DNA of 64,000 nucleotides from positions 1,719 through 65,718 of the IMG/VR virus record IMGVR_UViG_3300020456_000177; one strand, written 5' to 3'. Source of the DNA: a virus (taxonomy: Duplodnaviria > Caudoviricetes). This document shows, one piece after another, positions 37,627 through 51,200 of this stretch (the stretch's first letter is position 1; every line of letters begins with the position of its first letter). A program made the position numbers and the translations under genes. Below the pieces are notes generated by a model. The model saw only the letters and a program-made list of their open reading frames with translations. It ran no database searches and was not told the DNA's origin.

Positions 37627-39210
37627 TTAGAACTCTAATACGATTTTAACGTCTTCCTTCTGTCTCTCATTCCTGGTAACAGAGGGTCTGTTGTCAAGGT
37701 AGATGATTTCTCCCTTCCTTTTATTTATTTCTGGATTTGCAAGTCCATTTGTAAAGTTGACTCCCAAATTGACAACTCTGCCAGATGTCAAAGTTGTTGT
37801 CACACCACTAAAGTTTTGATCAACGTTAACACTAAACGATCCACCTGTTTTCGTAATCGCATTAGCACTTGATGTAAAATCAACTACTGGTGCTCTGGTA
37901 TTAACATCAACAGCATCTTTTTCATCACCAGTACCAATATTGTAATACAAACTTCTATCTTGATAATACTTGATTACTCTTGTTTCAGTATCATAAGAAG
38001 CAACAATACCTCTAGCAGTGGTTCCTACACCTACTGTTTGCTCAATCTTATCACCGATATTCAAATCCTGAGCACTACTTTGAGATGCAAACTTGATTGA
38101 ATATAGAGAAGAGAACTGGTTATCGGTGAAAATAGTATCAGTTCCTCTTACTGCTGGATTCTTGACGATTCCAACCTGAGAGAAGATAGTGTCACTAGCA
38201 AAGTCATAAGACGAATTATCAAATCTAGCATACATCAGAACCTTATCTGCACCTAACTCCTTATAAACATCAGCACCATGTCCCTTAGAGGGTGGAATGA
38301 TTGGTGTCAGTTTTGCAAATGCAGAAGTTGAAGTTTGTACACCAGAGTTTTCTGAAGACAGATCAACTCTACCGAAAGAATAACCAGATCCACCAGATGT
38401 AATCTGAGTTTCTGTGACCTGTCCAAGAGAGTTTGTTGTAATTCTAACTCTACCACCTGTACCATCACCAAGAATATTGAACTCTCTAGCAGTAAATTGT
38501 GGATATCCTAAACCTGGTTCATCAATAGCAACAACCTTGATCTGGTTGTTATTTGTATCAGAATCACCATTATCCCTAACAGCTTGAATTCCTGTGTTGG
38601 TTGTTGTCAACCAATCATTGGGAACGGTGATATATTCCGTAGAGTCAAATTTAACAATGTCACTAGGACTAATTGTATACAGATACTTCCACAGATAACC
38701 ATCACCACTAGTGCCTGCAGTGCTAGGTTCTACGTCAGTAAATGTTGGTTCGTCAAGAGATGCCGATGGAGTGGTAGAGATGCCTGTGGCAGTTCCATTA
38801 TCCAAGCAAATATAAACACGGAACTCACTATTTACAACATAGTAATTCGCACTATATAAACGATTCGAACTGGTTACTTGAGAACGATTAGTAGGACTAT
38901 AGTCATGTCTATAGTAATCGTAAGTAGAACCGGAAATCCAGTTTACCTTTCTAACCAATCGTCTAGCGTTAGCAGATGTGACACGTTTGCCAAATAGCAT
39001 CGTGTCATACGTATGGTTAGAGTAATTGCTATTGTCTACTGGGAATGGTGGTCCAGCCGTTCCATTCCAAGTAGACGTTCTACCATACCCACTGGCAGTT
39101 GGATCAGATAATCCCATGAATGCATAATAAGAATTAGCAGTGTTCGCAATCGAAGCTACAAAATTCTCAGCATTCAATATTCTAAACTGATCTGTAATAA
39201 TCGCAGACAT
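37627..39210 (-). CDS. g8: Baseplate wedge subunit gp8
   Basis: MSAIITDQFRILNA, YICLDNG, DGYLWKYLYTI, PSKGHG, GEIIYLDNR, EDVKIVLEF. Confidence 0.9.
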   Translation of the reverse strand: MSAIITDQFRILNAENFVASIANTANSYYAFMGLSDPTASGYGRTSTWNGTAGPPFPVDNSNYSNHTYDTMLFGKRVTSANARRLVRKVNWISGSTYDYYRHDYSPTNRSQVTSSNRLYSANYYVVNSEFRVYICLDNGTATGISTTPSASLDEPTFTDVEPSTAGTSGDGYLWKYLYTISPSDIVKFDSTEYITVPNDWLTTTNTGIQAVRDNGDSDTNNNQIKVVAIDEPGLGYPQFTAREFNILGDGTGGRVRITTNSLGQVTETQITSGGSGYSFGRVDLSSENSGVQTSTSAFAKLTPIIPPSKGHGADVYKELGADKVLMYARFDNSSYDFASDTIFSQVGIVKNPAVRGTDTIFTDNQFSSLYSIKFASQSSAQDLNIGDKIEQTVGVGTTARGIVASYDTETRVIKYYQDRSLYYNIGTGDEKDAVDVNTRAPVVDFTSSANAITKTGGSFSVNVDQNFSGVTTTLTSGRVVNLGVNFTNGLANPEINKRKGEIIYLDNRPSVTRNERQKEDVKIVLEF

Positions 39211-39234
39211 TATTTGACGATTTTGGTTTTTTTA

Positions 39235-39242
39235 TATTTATA
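39235..39242 (-). promoter_or_regulatory. Late promoter for g8
   Basis: Perfect TATAAATA overlapping the g7 stop. Confidence 0.7.
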
Positions 39243-42200
39243 AGGACTTCTTGAGAGCACCTGTATCTCTCAGTCCAGAATTTCTTCTCTGGAATGTTGG
39301 ATATGTTGACATTCCAACATCGAAGTGGTTACCATCAGGCAGAATATTCACGGCAGGTGTTCCTCTGTCATATCCAGTAATTCTACCCCAAGTCATCTTA
39401 CCTGCGGGATTATGATAATCACCCGTAGTTGCGATACCAACGATATTGGTTGCTGGATCTACGAAACAAGTGGCAATGCCATTTGTCCCATCGAACTGAC
39501 TATAATAAACTTCATAGATGTTATCAAGATTGTTGGAAGAAATACCAATAACATTATCAGTTCCAATACCAGTCGAAATGGCAGATCCGACAATAGTTGT
39601 TACACCAGTTCCAACTGCAGTATCATAAACCAGCATTCTATATCCACGTACCAACTCTTGTCTCTCAGCAAGTCCACCAGGAACATCAGTAAGATCTAAC
39701 TGGAAGATCAGACCCAAACCTGCAGGTGGAACACTGAAGTGGAACTGTGATCCAACACCAGCATTGCTTACCAAGAATACTCTCTCACCATCTGGTTTGA
39801 TAGTAGAAGAATGACTTACACCAGCACCGAGAACATACGAAGAAGTTGATCCGATACCAAGTGTGCTGATATCCCATCCACTAGTCAAATTATATTCTAA
39901 GAATCTCTGAGTATCTGCACCGATAACCAGCATCTTCTCACCATTTGTGCTGAAGTTGAAGTCAGATGGTGCGGCATCATCTGTAACTGCAATACTGCTA
40001 CCGAAACTAATTGTTGTAATATCAAAGTTTGTGCCAAAATCATAGTTACGGAAGCATGCCTGACTTGGAGACAGAGTAATCATTTGCTGTCCACTGTTCA
40101 CAACTTGCAGTGATCTGTGCAACTGTCCCTGGTTAGAGATTGTGGTATTTGTAGAAACACCAGCAGGGAGAACACTAGTCAGTTCCCATGGAGTGGTCAG
40201 GTTGAACTGGTTAACTTGGAATACGAAAGGTGCAGCTGCACCCTGACCGATGACATACATTCTTGTACCATCAGTAGAGAAGTCAAGATCAAATACACTT
40301 TGAAGTTGAGTACCAATGCCAATGTGGTTAGTATTGTCAATAGTGGCAGTATCAAGTTCAAATGCAGTAGACAGGTTCCATGCAGTAACTCTCAAAGTAT
40401 TACCATCAAGAACATATAATCTCTCACCATCTGGTCTAATGAACAGACCCTGTGGATCATTGTTAGTCCCATCAGTCAAACCAAGTTGCTTTCTGTAAAC
40501 TGTCTTAGAAACATCAAATCCAGTAAACTCTTCCAGTCTTGCAAAAGATGTCTGAATACCAGTAACGATACCCTGATAACCTCTTACACCACCTGGCAGA
40601 ATGCCAGTAATAACTTCTGTTGGAACTGTTGTGGTAGAACCAATGCCAGCAGTAGAGAATCCACTGATCATGATTGCACCCAGTTCATTGGTATTGCCTG
40701 TAGCACCAAGGAACAACTCATTGTTATCAACGAAGATTTGTGTGGTTCCAGTAGAAACTACATTGCTGATAATCTTTGCAGTTGGATATACTTGTGCTTC
40801 GATGGAGTCTCTTGCTTTAGGAATCCATGTTCCACCAAGGAACTTATCAACTTTCTGCTTAGTCCAAGAAAGTGGTTTTGGTTCAACAGTGTTGACACCT
40901 TCACCTCTATAGAGAGTAGTTTCAATTTCACTGGAAGACTTAATACCAACGATGGTTCTCTTGTACTCCTGAGAGAAGTTGGAGAAGTCATATGCAGCAT
41001 CATTCTTTTCAATAAGAGGTGTTCTCTTCAGACGAACCTCATCACCTGGTTTCAGGGTTTCGTAAACATCCTTCAGGAAACTATCATCACCACCAGTTCC
41101 TCTGTAGAAGAAGATATCAACGTTATCCTCTGGTGCTGGAGCCTCAGAGAACAGAATCGATGTGCCACCGAAGAACTCATAAGATTCACCAGGAACCTGC
41201 AGAATACCATTGACAAATACCAAGAGCAGATACTTGATATCAATCAGTACAGAATCTGGATCGGTAGGATCGGTTTCGAAACTGATCAACTGATCATTGT
41301 ATGCAAGTGGGAATCTTGCATTGATTCCATCTTGGAATGCCTTAACACTATCAATATAATCCAGTTCACCAAACTGCCAAGATGCGAAGTTATCTTGGAA
41401 AGCATCAACAATTGTCAGAGTAAAATCTTGATAGTTGTCACCTGCAGTTGGATCAGTTGTAATACCAGTGATTCTGAATACATCACCCTTCAGGAATCCA
41501 TAACCACGTTTTGGAATATCGAACTGTTTTACCTCAAACATTGTGGCACCAACACCACTGATTGCAACACCACCAGTTCCTGCACTGTATGCATATCCAA
41601 CACCTTGAGTATCTGCAATACCGATGTTAACCGTGAATCTATTCTCATCAACATACTGAAGAACTGTGTAGTCAACAGAAATATCGGAGTGTGGGAAGAT
41701 AGTTCCACCAGAACCAACAGGTGCAGCAGGGGAGAACTGAAGATTCTTCAGTCTTACAACATCACCACTTGTGAATCCATGACCAACGGCACTGACTGTT
41801 GCAATACCAATGGTATCTGTATAATCAAAGTCAACAATTGGAATGTTGTTGTAATGAGTATTGATTCCAAGAACACCAACGGTGACCGACATACCCAAAC
41901 CAACTTCAGTGGTAGCACCAACAGATAGTCTAGAAACACCTTCAATAGTGAGGTTATCATATGAAGGAGGTGCGATATTGATTGTTGGATCAACATAACC
42001 ACTGCCTGCCTGGTTGATGGTGAAGATCAGAGTGCCACCAGCACCAACGGTTGCACTAACAAGTGCCTCAGCACCAGTGTGACCAGCCTCTGTAACAGCA
42101 ATTGCAGGTGCAGTAACTGTTGAGTATCCACTACCAAATGTAGCATTATTCCACTTAGCAACCGTACCACCAGTGTTATATGTGTGTGCGAAGGTTACGA

Positions 42201-45200
42201 TGCCAACCTGAGTCTCAAACTGTGAATCAGAGAGAATCTTAGTAGCATAGTATGGACCTGTTGGTTTGACTTCAAATGCAGTTCCATTTCCAACATAATT
42301 GTGTGGAATTGTGCAGACACCAACATTGACGAGGAAGGAGTTAGTTCCAGCAATACCGATAATAGGATACTTGTTGATATCTACTGCTTTTCTGCCAGAA
42401 CTTCCATCTGGGAAGATGGTTGTAGTAACACCAGCATGAGGAGCAGCACAACTAAATTCAATACCCTCAAGATGAACCATTCTGCCAACTCTGAAGTTGT
42501 GTGCAGATGTCAGTCCAACTGTAGAAAGACCTGTCAGGTTATCGTAGACAAAAGAACTGATATCAAAAGAGACTCCCTTATCGGATGGATATGTGAAGTT
42601 ATTAGTAAAAGGACCGTTAGCAGGACATGTGAACTGAATGTTGCGAAGTCGAATCTTATCACCAACTGTCAACTCATGGTTGGCAGCAGTTACAGTCATA
42701 ACACCAGTTACGTTGTCATAGTTGACGTTTGTAATCGAAACGTTAGGGCTAGTAGTAGAGACACCAGAAACTGCAGTCAGTTGTCCAAGAGTTACGGTTG
42801 GGATAACTTCTGCTGGTACAAGAGGTGCGAATCCAAGTCCAGTGGTAGATCCAAATGTGATGGGAACACCACCTCTAGGAAGTTGGTTCTTATTAATATC
42901 ACTTGGATCAATAATCTGTCCAGTATCAGATCTAACACCAGTAAATGTGATGCTGCTGATTCCAGAACTTTCAGTAATACCGAAGTTATTATCTGGGTTG
43001 TTTGGAGAAGATGGTGATTGGAAGATGCCATTGATGAATACAACACCATTACCACCTGTAGTTCCAATACCAGTAATATTTTGCTTGTCAGATGTCAGAA
43101 TAAAGTTAGACTTAGTTCCATCAAACTCATCTGCAATATCATCAAATACTGCGTTAGTATCATAATCTTTTCTGAGATATACTCTGCCTTGGAAAGAAGA
43201 TCTTGGCAGTGGCAGATTTCTATCATTGAGTCTGGTGATACCAGGTCCTCTTGGTGGTTCAGTGAAATGAATCGTGCTGTCAATAATGTTGAAAGCACCT
43301 CTGTAAAGAGTTACAGTATCAAACTGACCGTGAGCAACAGCTGAAGATCCAACATATCCTCTGGTAACTTCTGCAAGAGGCAGAGTGCTGAGTCCAGTGA
43401 TGCCTGAAGCATTGGTAGAACCAAGACCAACAGTGGTGATTCTCATGTATTCATCATTAATTCTCAGAATGTCATTTGCTCTAGCAGATGCAATTCCACT
43501 CAGTTGAATGATGCTTGTGCCAGCACCAACGGCATGCATTGTCTGCTCTTCAAAAGGTGTTCTGCTGATTGGACCTTGAGCAATGTTATCAATAGTCAGC
43601 AATGTCTTAGATGCTCTCTTCACCATAGAGAAGATGTGCTGGTTGCCAGATCCTACGGCAGTGAATGTGGCAGCAGTACCAGCAAGTGCATTGGCAGTTG
43701 AAATAGCAACTCTGAATCTACCCTGATTCAATCTGATTGCGTATACAGTTTCTGGCAATCTAGCAGTTGTACCAGCACCAGATTGATAGACGATACCAGT
43801 TCCAGCAACACCAGCAAGGTTAGATTCTGCTCTGTATTGCAGTTCCTCACCACTGTAGAAGAAGTGGTCCATGGTGAATGTACCAGTGGTGGTGCTGAGA
43901 ATACCAGTATTGCTTGGATCAAGAGTCTTAGCATAGATTGGAGATCCGTTATGCTTTGCTTCGAATGCAGTCTTGTCTCTCTGGTTCAATCCAAAGTAAA
44001 CACTGTGGAGTGCCTGCTGAGTGATTCCACCATAAGTTGTTCCACCAACACCATCATCATTACTGTTCTGATCAAGTTCGGTGTAGATGATTTCACTGAA
44101 TGTTTGTGCTTCAATATCACCACTGTAATCTGGATGGAACATGATGTCCACACCATCATTACTGTATTCTGCAGAGAATGTGCCAATACCATTTACATCA
44201 TTTACTGAAGCATAGGCAAAACTTGCAACATCAGTTTCTACTTGAGAAGTGGAGTCATTAGTAATGTAAACCTGATGAATTGCTTGAGTTTCACCAATAC
44301 TAACTCTTACAAGAGCTTTGGCAGATCCATCAACAGTGCTGCTGATTCCAGCAATCTTAGTCTTAGTGCCACCAGTAACAAGAGCAAAGTTAGATTCAAA
44401 TCTACCAGTTCTTTCAGCACCTGCAGGTGTTCCTTGTGGTGCAAATCTGTAAGTTCCAATTCCAGTAGCAGTTGTACCAATACCAATGATTTGAGACTTG
44501 ACAGTAACTTCATTGGCACCGTCATTATGATATACAAGATTCATGACACCAGATGTCAAGTCGGAACCAAATGTTCCGATAAATGGACCAGAAAGTCCAT
44601 TGAGTCCAACATTAGTATTGAATGCTGCAACTTCTGTCAGGTGAGTATCATCATCATTATGAGTCAGAACAACTTCAACATAATCTGTTCTATCATCAGT
44701 AGAATCATAGATTTCAAAACTACCGTAAATGGTGTCTGTAATTGCAGTTGTGAATCCTAAGATGGTTGATGTATTTGCAGCACCGATAGTTACTTGTTGA
44801 GAATAAAGATCAACAAATCCGATTGCCTGAGATCCGAAACCAGTGTTATTGGTAAAGATGGTTTGCAGTGCTTTGATTTCATAATCAACATCATCAGGAT
44901 CATTAGGACTGAATCTCAGAGCATATTGAACACCATCATAAGATCCATCATATTCACCAATGCTATCTCCAGCACCTGCTTTCTCAAGAGTATATGTGTT
45001 GTTGCTATTGGCAACCAAAATAACTTCACGTACATTCAGTTCATCATTCTCAGTGATGTTTCTAGTTTGAACCAAGAACTTGTTGGTTCTTCTACCAGAA
45101 GCAAACTGGAATACATCAGCATATGACAGGAACTCGTCTTGAGGACCACCCAAGAATTGTCCACTAATATCGTCAATAGGAATAACTCTGTTTGTCTTGT

Positions 45201-48200
45201 TCAGAATGTAGTCTGTAATTCTGATGTTTTCAAGATCAATAGACTTAGACGTTGTGGTTGTAGCATCAACGTCTCTGGCAAAGTCAAAGTCATTAATTGT
45301 ATCAACTCTCAGAGCACCTTCGTCAGCAATAACATCGAGAACCAGGAATGGTTCTTCTTGTGCAGTTGTTAGAGATGCGCCAACATTCTGTCCGTTCAGC
45401 AGAGACGCACTAGGTGTCAACTGCATGTCTTTGAAGTTCTTGAATCCACTTGGGTGAACATTCTCATTGACATAACTGATGACATCATCAAATGTCTTCT
45501 CACTCTGAATAGAATAAGACATTCTCTGATAATAATCATTATCACCCATGACTGAGTAATCTTCACTCAGTTTGCCAATATCATCTTTCCAACCACGGGT
45601 TACGTCAGAGAATGCATCGATCTCAAAACTACCAACATAACTTACTACGTTATCAATAGTACACTTAGAACCACTTGTGCCACCAGTAAGTGTATCTCCA
45701 GACTCGATTCTAGTAGATCCACTGATGTTCAACTTACCAGTTAGATCATTGAAACTGATCACAGTCAGATCAGTAGATCCATTACTAAAGTCAGAATTCA
45801 CATACAGCAACTCACCAGGTTCAAATCTTGCATTTTGCTTAGTAACTCTGAGAATAGGAAGATCCTCAGCAAGGATTACCTGAGCAAACAGACTTGGAGT
45901 TGTTTGAGCAACACCAACAGATGCACCTGCAGATACAAATGAATTCAAATTGTATGTCAGCAGGTTGGGGTTAGAAGTGCTGTCATAACTTGCAACTGTA
46001 AATTTCTGATATCCATAGTCTGCAGAGTTGTGACCTTCTCCTGTAGTGCCACCCATGCCGATACCTTCGACAAAGATGCTGTCTCCAACTTGGAATGGTG
46101 CAGTTGTAAATCCAAGAACAGGAGTTGCAATTTGCAGAGTAACGTTATTGTTCTGGGTAGACGCAACACTAACGATGGAAACACCATTGTCATTATTGAC
46201 GGTATATGCCTCATAAACAACATCGTCTTCCAAACCAACTGGATTCTTGTCAATTCTGACTCCAGGGACACCATCTACAGTTGGGCTAACAGAATTGCCA
46301 GCCAGTTCTGTAGAACCTTGGAAATCAGGTACAACTTCATTGGTTGATGGGTTGTATAGAATAACGTTAGGTGGTGTCTGGAAGTTTCTACCACCAGAGA
46401 GAATTGATACAGAGAACAGTGTTTGATAATCTCTTACATTCAGTTCATTTGGAATACTTGCCTCTGGAGAAAGTGTCTTATCAGATGGATAAGAGAAACC
46501 AGGTGTAAGCAGTCTTACTGTGTCTAACTTTCCAACTGTAGAAGAATTGAGTCTCAAGACCGTATCAGTTCCAAGTCCAGAAGTGATACTAGAAATGCTT
46601 GGGAATTTCTTATAATCTAATCCAGGGAAGATAAGATCAACTTTATCAATAGAACCATTAGCACTAGTGGACTTGGTGGTATATTTCAGCAAATCACACT
46701 CTGTGGAAGCATATGATACTCTTTCTGGAACATGTGTCAAATTAATGCCATATGTTGTGCTAGTAACACCAGAAATAGAATACTCACCAGAGAATACACT
46801 ATTATTATATTGAATTTCATTATATCCAGTAACTGTTTTATCAGCAGTGCTAATAAAACCAGATCTCTCTACATTGTAGTAAAGAATTTCGGGGAAGTTT
46901 GTAGAATAGGAAACTGTCAGTGCTGCACCTGCAGAACCGATAGTTCCAGAACTATTAATCAAGAAACTGTCAGTCTGACCAGTAGAAACTGTAGAATTGA
47001 AGAAATCTTGATCATAGTAGATCTTGAATTCAAATCCTGTCAAGGATGTGTCTTCTAAATTGAATACAACATCATCATTCTTATAGACTGATAATGGTGG
47101 GTTAATTCTAGCAATAGACTGTGATGTACCACCAACAGAAGTGAGACTGACGATGTTTGGTGGGAATACTTGAATATCTCTTTCCGTTTCACCAAGACTG
47201 AAATTATCTTTGTCAATAGTGTAGATATAGAAAGTTCCGGTTGTCAGTCCACCAATAACTTCAGTAGATTCATAGAATACCTTGTCTCCAGTAGAATATT
47301 CATGATCTGTTAATGTAATGACATTTGTAGATGTATTGACACCAGCAGAACTGATTGCAACTGGATTAACAAGAAGATTGTCTTTTGCAATCTTGAGAAC
47401 GATAGAAGAACCTGCTCCGACACCTCTAGTGAGGTTTGACTTCAGATCAAGTTTGATAACATCAGCATTTTCAAGATTATGATCTTCACCAGTGGTTACA
47501 GTTGCAGTTACCTTCTTAACATCTGCTGTAATCTGCTGATACTGTGACTGAAGGACATAATCATAGAAATCGGTGTTTGTAACATCACGGAAGTAAACTT
47601 TATCACCATTCAGGACAGTTGCGATACCAATTGTATCTTTAGATGTCTTGATGGCAAATACATCTGCTGGCATGTCAAATCTGTTGCCAGTTGGAGATGT
47701 TGAGATTCCAATTGTGCTAGTACCAGATCCAACATAAGCCAGATGCTGATTAGTTACAAATGGATGATTTGGAAGGAAAATATTTTGAGTTTGGATAGTT
47801 CTGGTAGTTGTTACACCATTGAACTGATAAGATCTAGCAGTTGTAAAACCAGCAGTGATACCAATACCAATTGACTCAAATGGGTTGAAATAAATTACAT
47901 CCTGATCTTTTGATTCAAAATATGGTGTTTCAACATTTACCGTAAATGCTTGTGGCAGATAACTGACAGATTCTGTTGCTGTATGAGCAACTCCACCGTT
48001 TGCAGTCTCTGATGGGTATCTCTTAACTCTAATAATGCCATCAGCATCAAATACATTCAAAACACCAAGTGTTTCGGTGCTGACTTTGATGGAATTGCCG
48101 ATAGAAACAGGAATATTAGCAACACTAATATCAGTGACCATTCCACTGACACCAGTTGTACCAAAACCAACAACTAGGTTTGAAATTGGATTAATAGTAT

Positions 48201-51200
48201 TGGCAACTTGTGATCCTGTAAGATCTTTAACAAAAGTAGAAAGACCTGTGATTTGAACTACATCTTGATCGATAAGATCAAAATTAACATCAGATACTAA
48301 CTCTACCTCTTTGCTGTTCTTCCACTTAACAACAACATTTTCATAAATTTCGTCTGTGGAGGCAATACTGACAACTGACTTGCCAACAATACTAGAAACT
48401 TCAGCCGCAAGTCCTGTTCCTTCACCAGGTGCAAATTCGATGAAGTTAACAACATCACCAACACCATACTTACCATTACCAGTAGCAGCAACACTTACAG
48501 AATCAAAAGATCCTCTGGAAATGCTCTCAACAATTGCATCTTGAACAAATACCTTATATGGTTCAATAACAAAGTCATAAGATGCTGCAGAATCACCAAT
48601 CTTCTGTGGGAAGGTGTTTCTAACTAAATCAGAGTTATTAAAATCAAATGCCTGACTAATCTTAACAGCAGGATCAAGGTTCTCTGCAATAGGAGCACAT
48701 CTATAGTGTGGTCCAACAAAGAATGGGAATTCTGGATTACCAATTGTGTCTATAGTAGCATAATATGCATAAACACCATTTGGAAACTCATTGGTAATTG
48801 CAAATCTACCATTATATTCATCAAGATCACCACTACCATCATAAACAAAGTCATCTACAAAGAATCCAGGTGGGAAGACTGTGGTGCTTGGTCTGTTGGT
48901 GATATTAGTGATAACAGAAGTATATCCTGTACCAACTCTCTTAATACCACTCTGAATGTTCTCTGGATCAACATATCCGTAAGATCCATAGATTGGAACA
49001 CCATCATACGACCATCCAATGATTGGGGAGTGTGCTGAACCACCATCACCAAATTCTACTCTGAAAGTAGATCCATATCCAATAGCAGCATACTCAAGAC
49101 CATTCCTTGGAGTTGGGTTTACAATCTCACCACCATTATCATTAATCTTCGCAAACTTATTGACCTGCAGTTTCCTCACGAAACCATTCAGAATGGCACC
49201 AGAACCGACTGAATTGACTTTGATACTAGTTGTATTGATATCATAGTTCTGTCCCTTTCCTAGGACCACTACGTCGGTTACAACACCAACATTGTTGATC
49301 AGTGCTCTCAGTCTTGCACCGGTTCCTGTAGTGGCAATACCAACAGGACTAGAGGTGACTTCTAACTCTGGTGGTGAAGTATATCCACTACCACCATTTT
49401 GAACGAATGCATTTTCAATTCTACCATTAATAATGATAGGACTTACAGCAGCACCAGATCCACTAGTGACTGTAAGTTTGGGTACTTTCTCAAAATTAAG
49501 TGTTTCTGATCCATAATCAGAACCTTCTTCATACAGATATGCATCAACAATAGCACCACGGACAACAGGAGTAGCAGTGAACTGTCCAGCGGTCTGTTGA
49601 GTTGTTACAGCATTGATAGTAACTTCAATGGCAGGATACTTAAAGATATGACTACCAACACCAACAGAGTCTAATGCAACATGCTTACGTCTAATGTAGT
49701 CTGTGAGATTAGTTCCTCCAACACCAGCATTGGCAAGTCTAAATGACTTATTATCTACGGCAAGAACTTTATATCGAGTTGTTGTGCTAAGTCCAACTAC
49801 TCCAGTATCGAAGAACTCATACTCTACAAAATCACCATCAGTAAAGTTATGGTTATTAAAGACAATAGTATCATTTGCAGTGTTTATACCTGTTGACTTA
49901 ACAATGAGTTTCCTATTAGAATAACTCTGTCCAGGGTTAAGGATATTAATTCGATCTAGCTTAAGCTTCTTATTAGTAGTTCTGAACTTCATTAGTCCAG
50001 CATTGTTTTCAGTAGTAATACCAATAGTATTGATACCACTCTGTGCTTCTGCTTTAGTATTGAACAGTTGAACTGTTCTACTATTAATGAATCTAGAGAA
50101 ATAGATTTCACCTGATTGAAGAGTCAGGTTTTGAATAGCATCATTAGCAGAGTCTGTAGAAATACCAAGAGCAGGTGTTCCTAAGTCGTTGTATACAATA
50201 GAATCTCCTGTTTGGAAATTATGTACTGTATCAAAAGTAATTGTATTGTCAGCAGCAGATACACCACCACCGTTAGCAAGACTATTAGCATTAAAGAATA
50301 CTTCTCTAAATTCAGATGCTAAAGTAGCAGATGCTGTTGCACCCTCACCATTACCACCAGTAATATTGATAGAAACAATTTCTTCAATGTCAAAGCTTAC
50401 TGGATCAACTTCAACATCAACAAAAGATCCACTAACAACTGGTTGTACTAATGCAGTTGTTCCTGTAGATACTTCTGGATCACTTACTACTACAGAAGGT
50501 GCATTTGCAGCATCATAGTTAGATCCACCAGTAAAGATACCAACGTTGGTAATAGGACCATAGTAAACAGAATCATCAGACTTATAGTTTACAATTTCAA
50601 CACCATTGATCAACATACCAGTTGGACCTGGTTCTGTTGTGGTATCATTACCACTCATCAAGTTTTGAGAAAGTGGGAACTTCTTCAGAAGCTTTTGTGG
50701 TTGAATCTCATCAACTCTTTGCTCAGAAAGAATAAATTCATGTGGTCCATTATTTGAAGGAGTAAATCTAACAAAAGATTGTGCATCCAAGAAAGATTTG
50801 GAAAGTGCTAGTTTTACTCTGTTTGGATTTGCACTATCAACATTTACATAATACGATCCAGTATGAAGACCAATAATTGGAGTTACTTCTGGATCATAGA
50901 ATACCTCATCACCAGTTACAAAAGGAACATTTGCAGAAAATGCAAGGGTATCGTAATTTAAGGTATTGGAATCATATCCAAGGATTGCACCACTAGTTGT
51001 AGATGCCGTTGCAATATTGACTTTTGTCGTTACTGGTCTAATTTCATAAGATGGTAGTGAGTTTGATGCAACATAACCAAAATCATTGTTTTCGTTATAA
51101 GCATTCAGAATATCTGAAGCAAGTGCGTCATTACCAGCAGATAAAGTAGAACCAACACTTGTTGCTTTGCTAATTCTCTTTCTAATGTCATACTTAAGAT

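Noticed and set aside
40486-43017. 480-aa and 238-aa + strand ORFs inside gp7
   Set aside because: Antisense shadows with implausible Cys/Ser/Asn-rich composition
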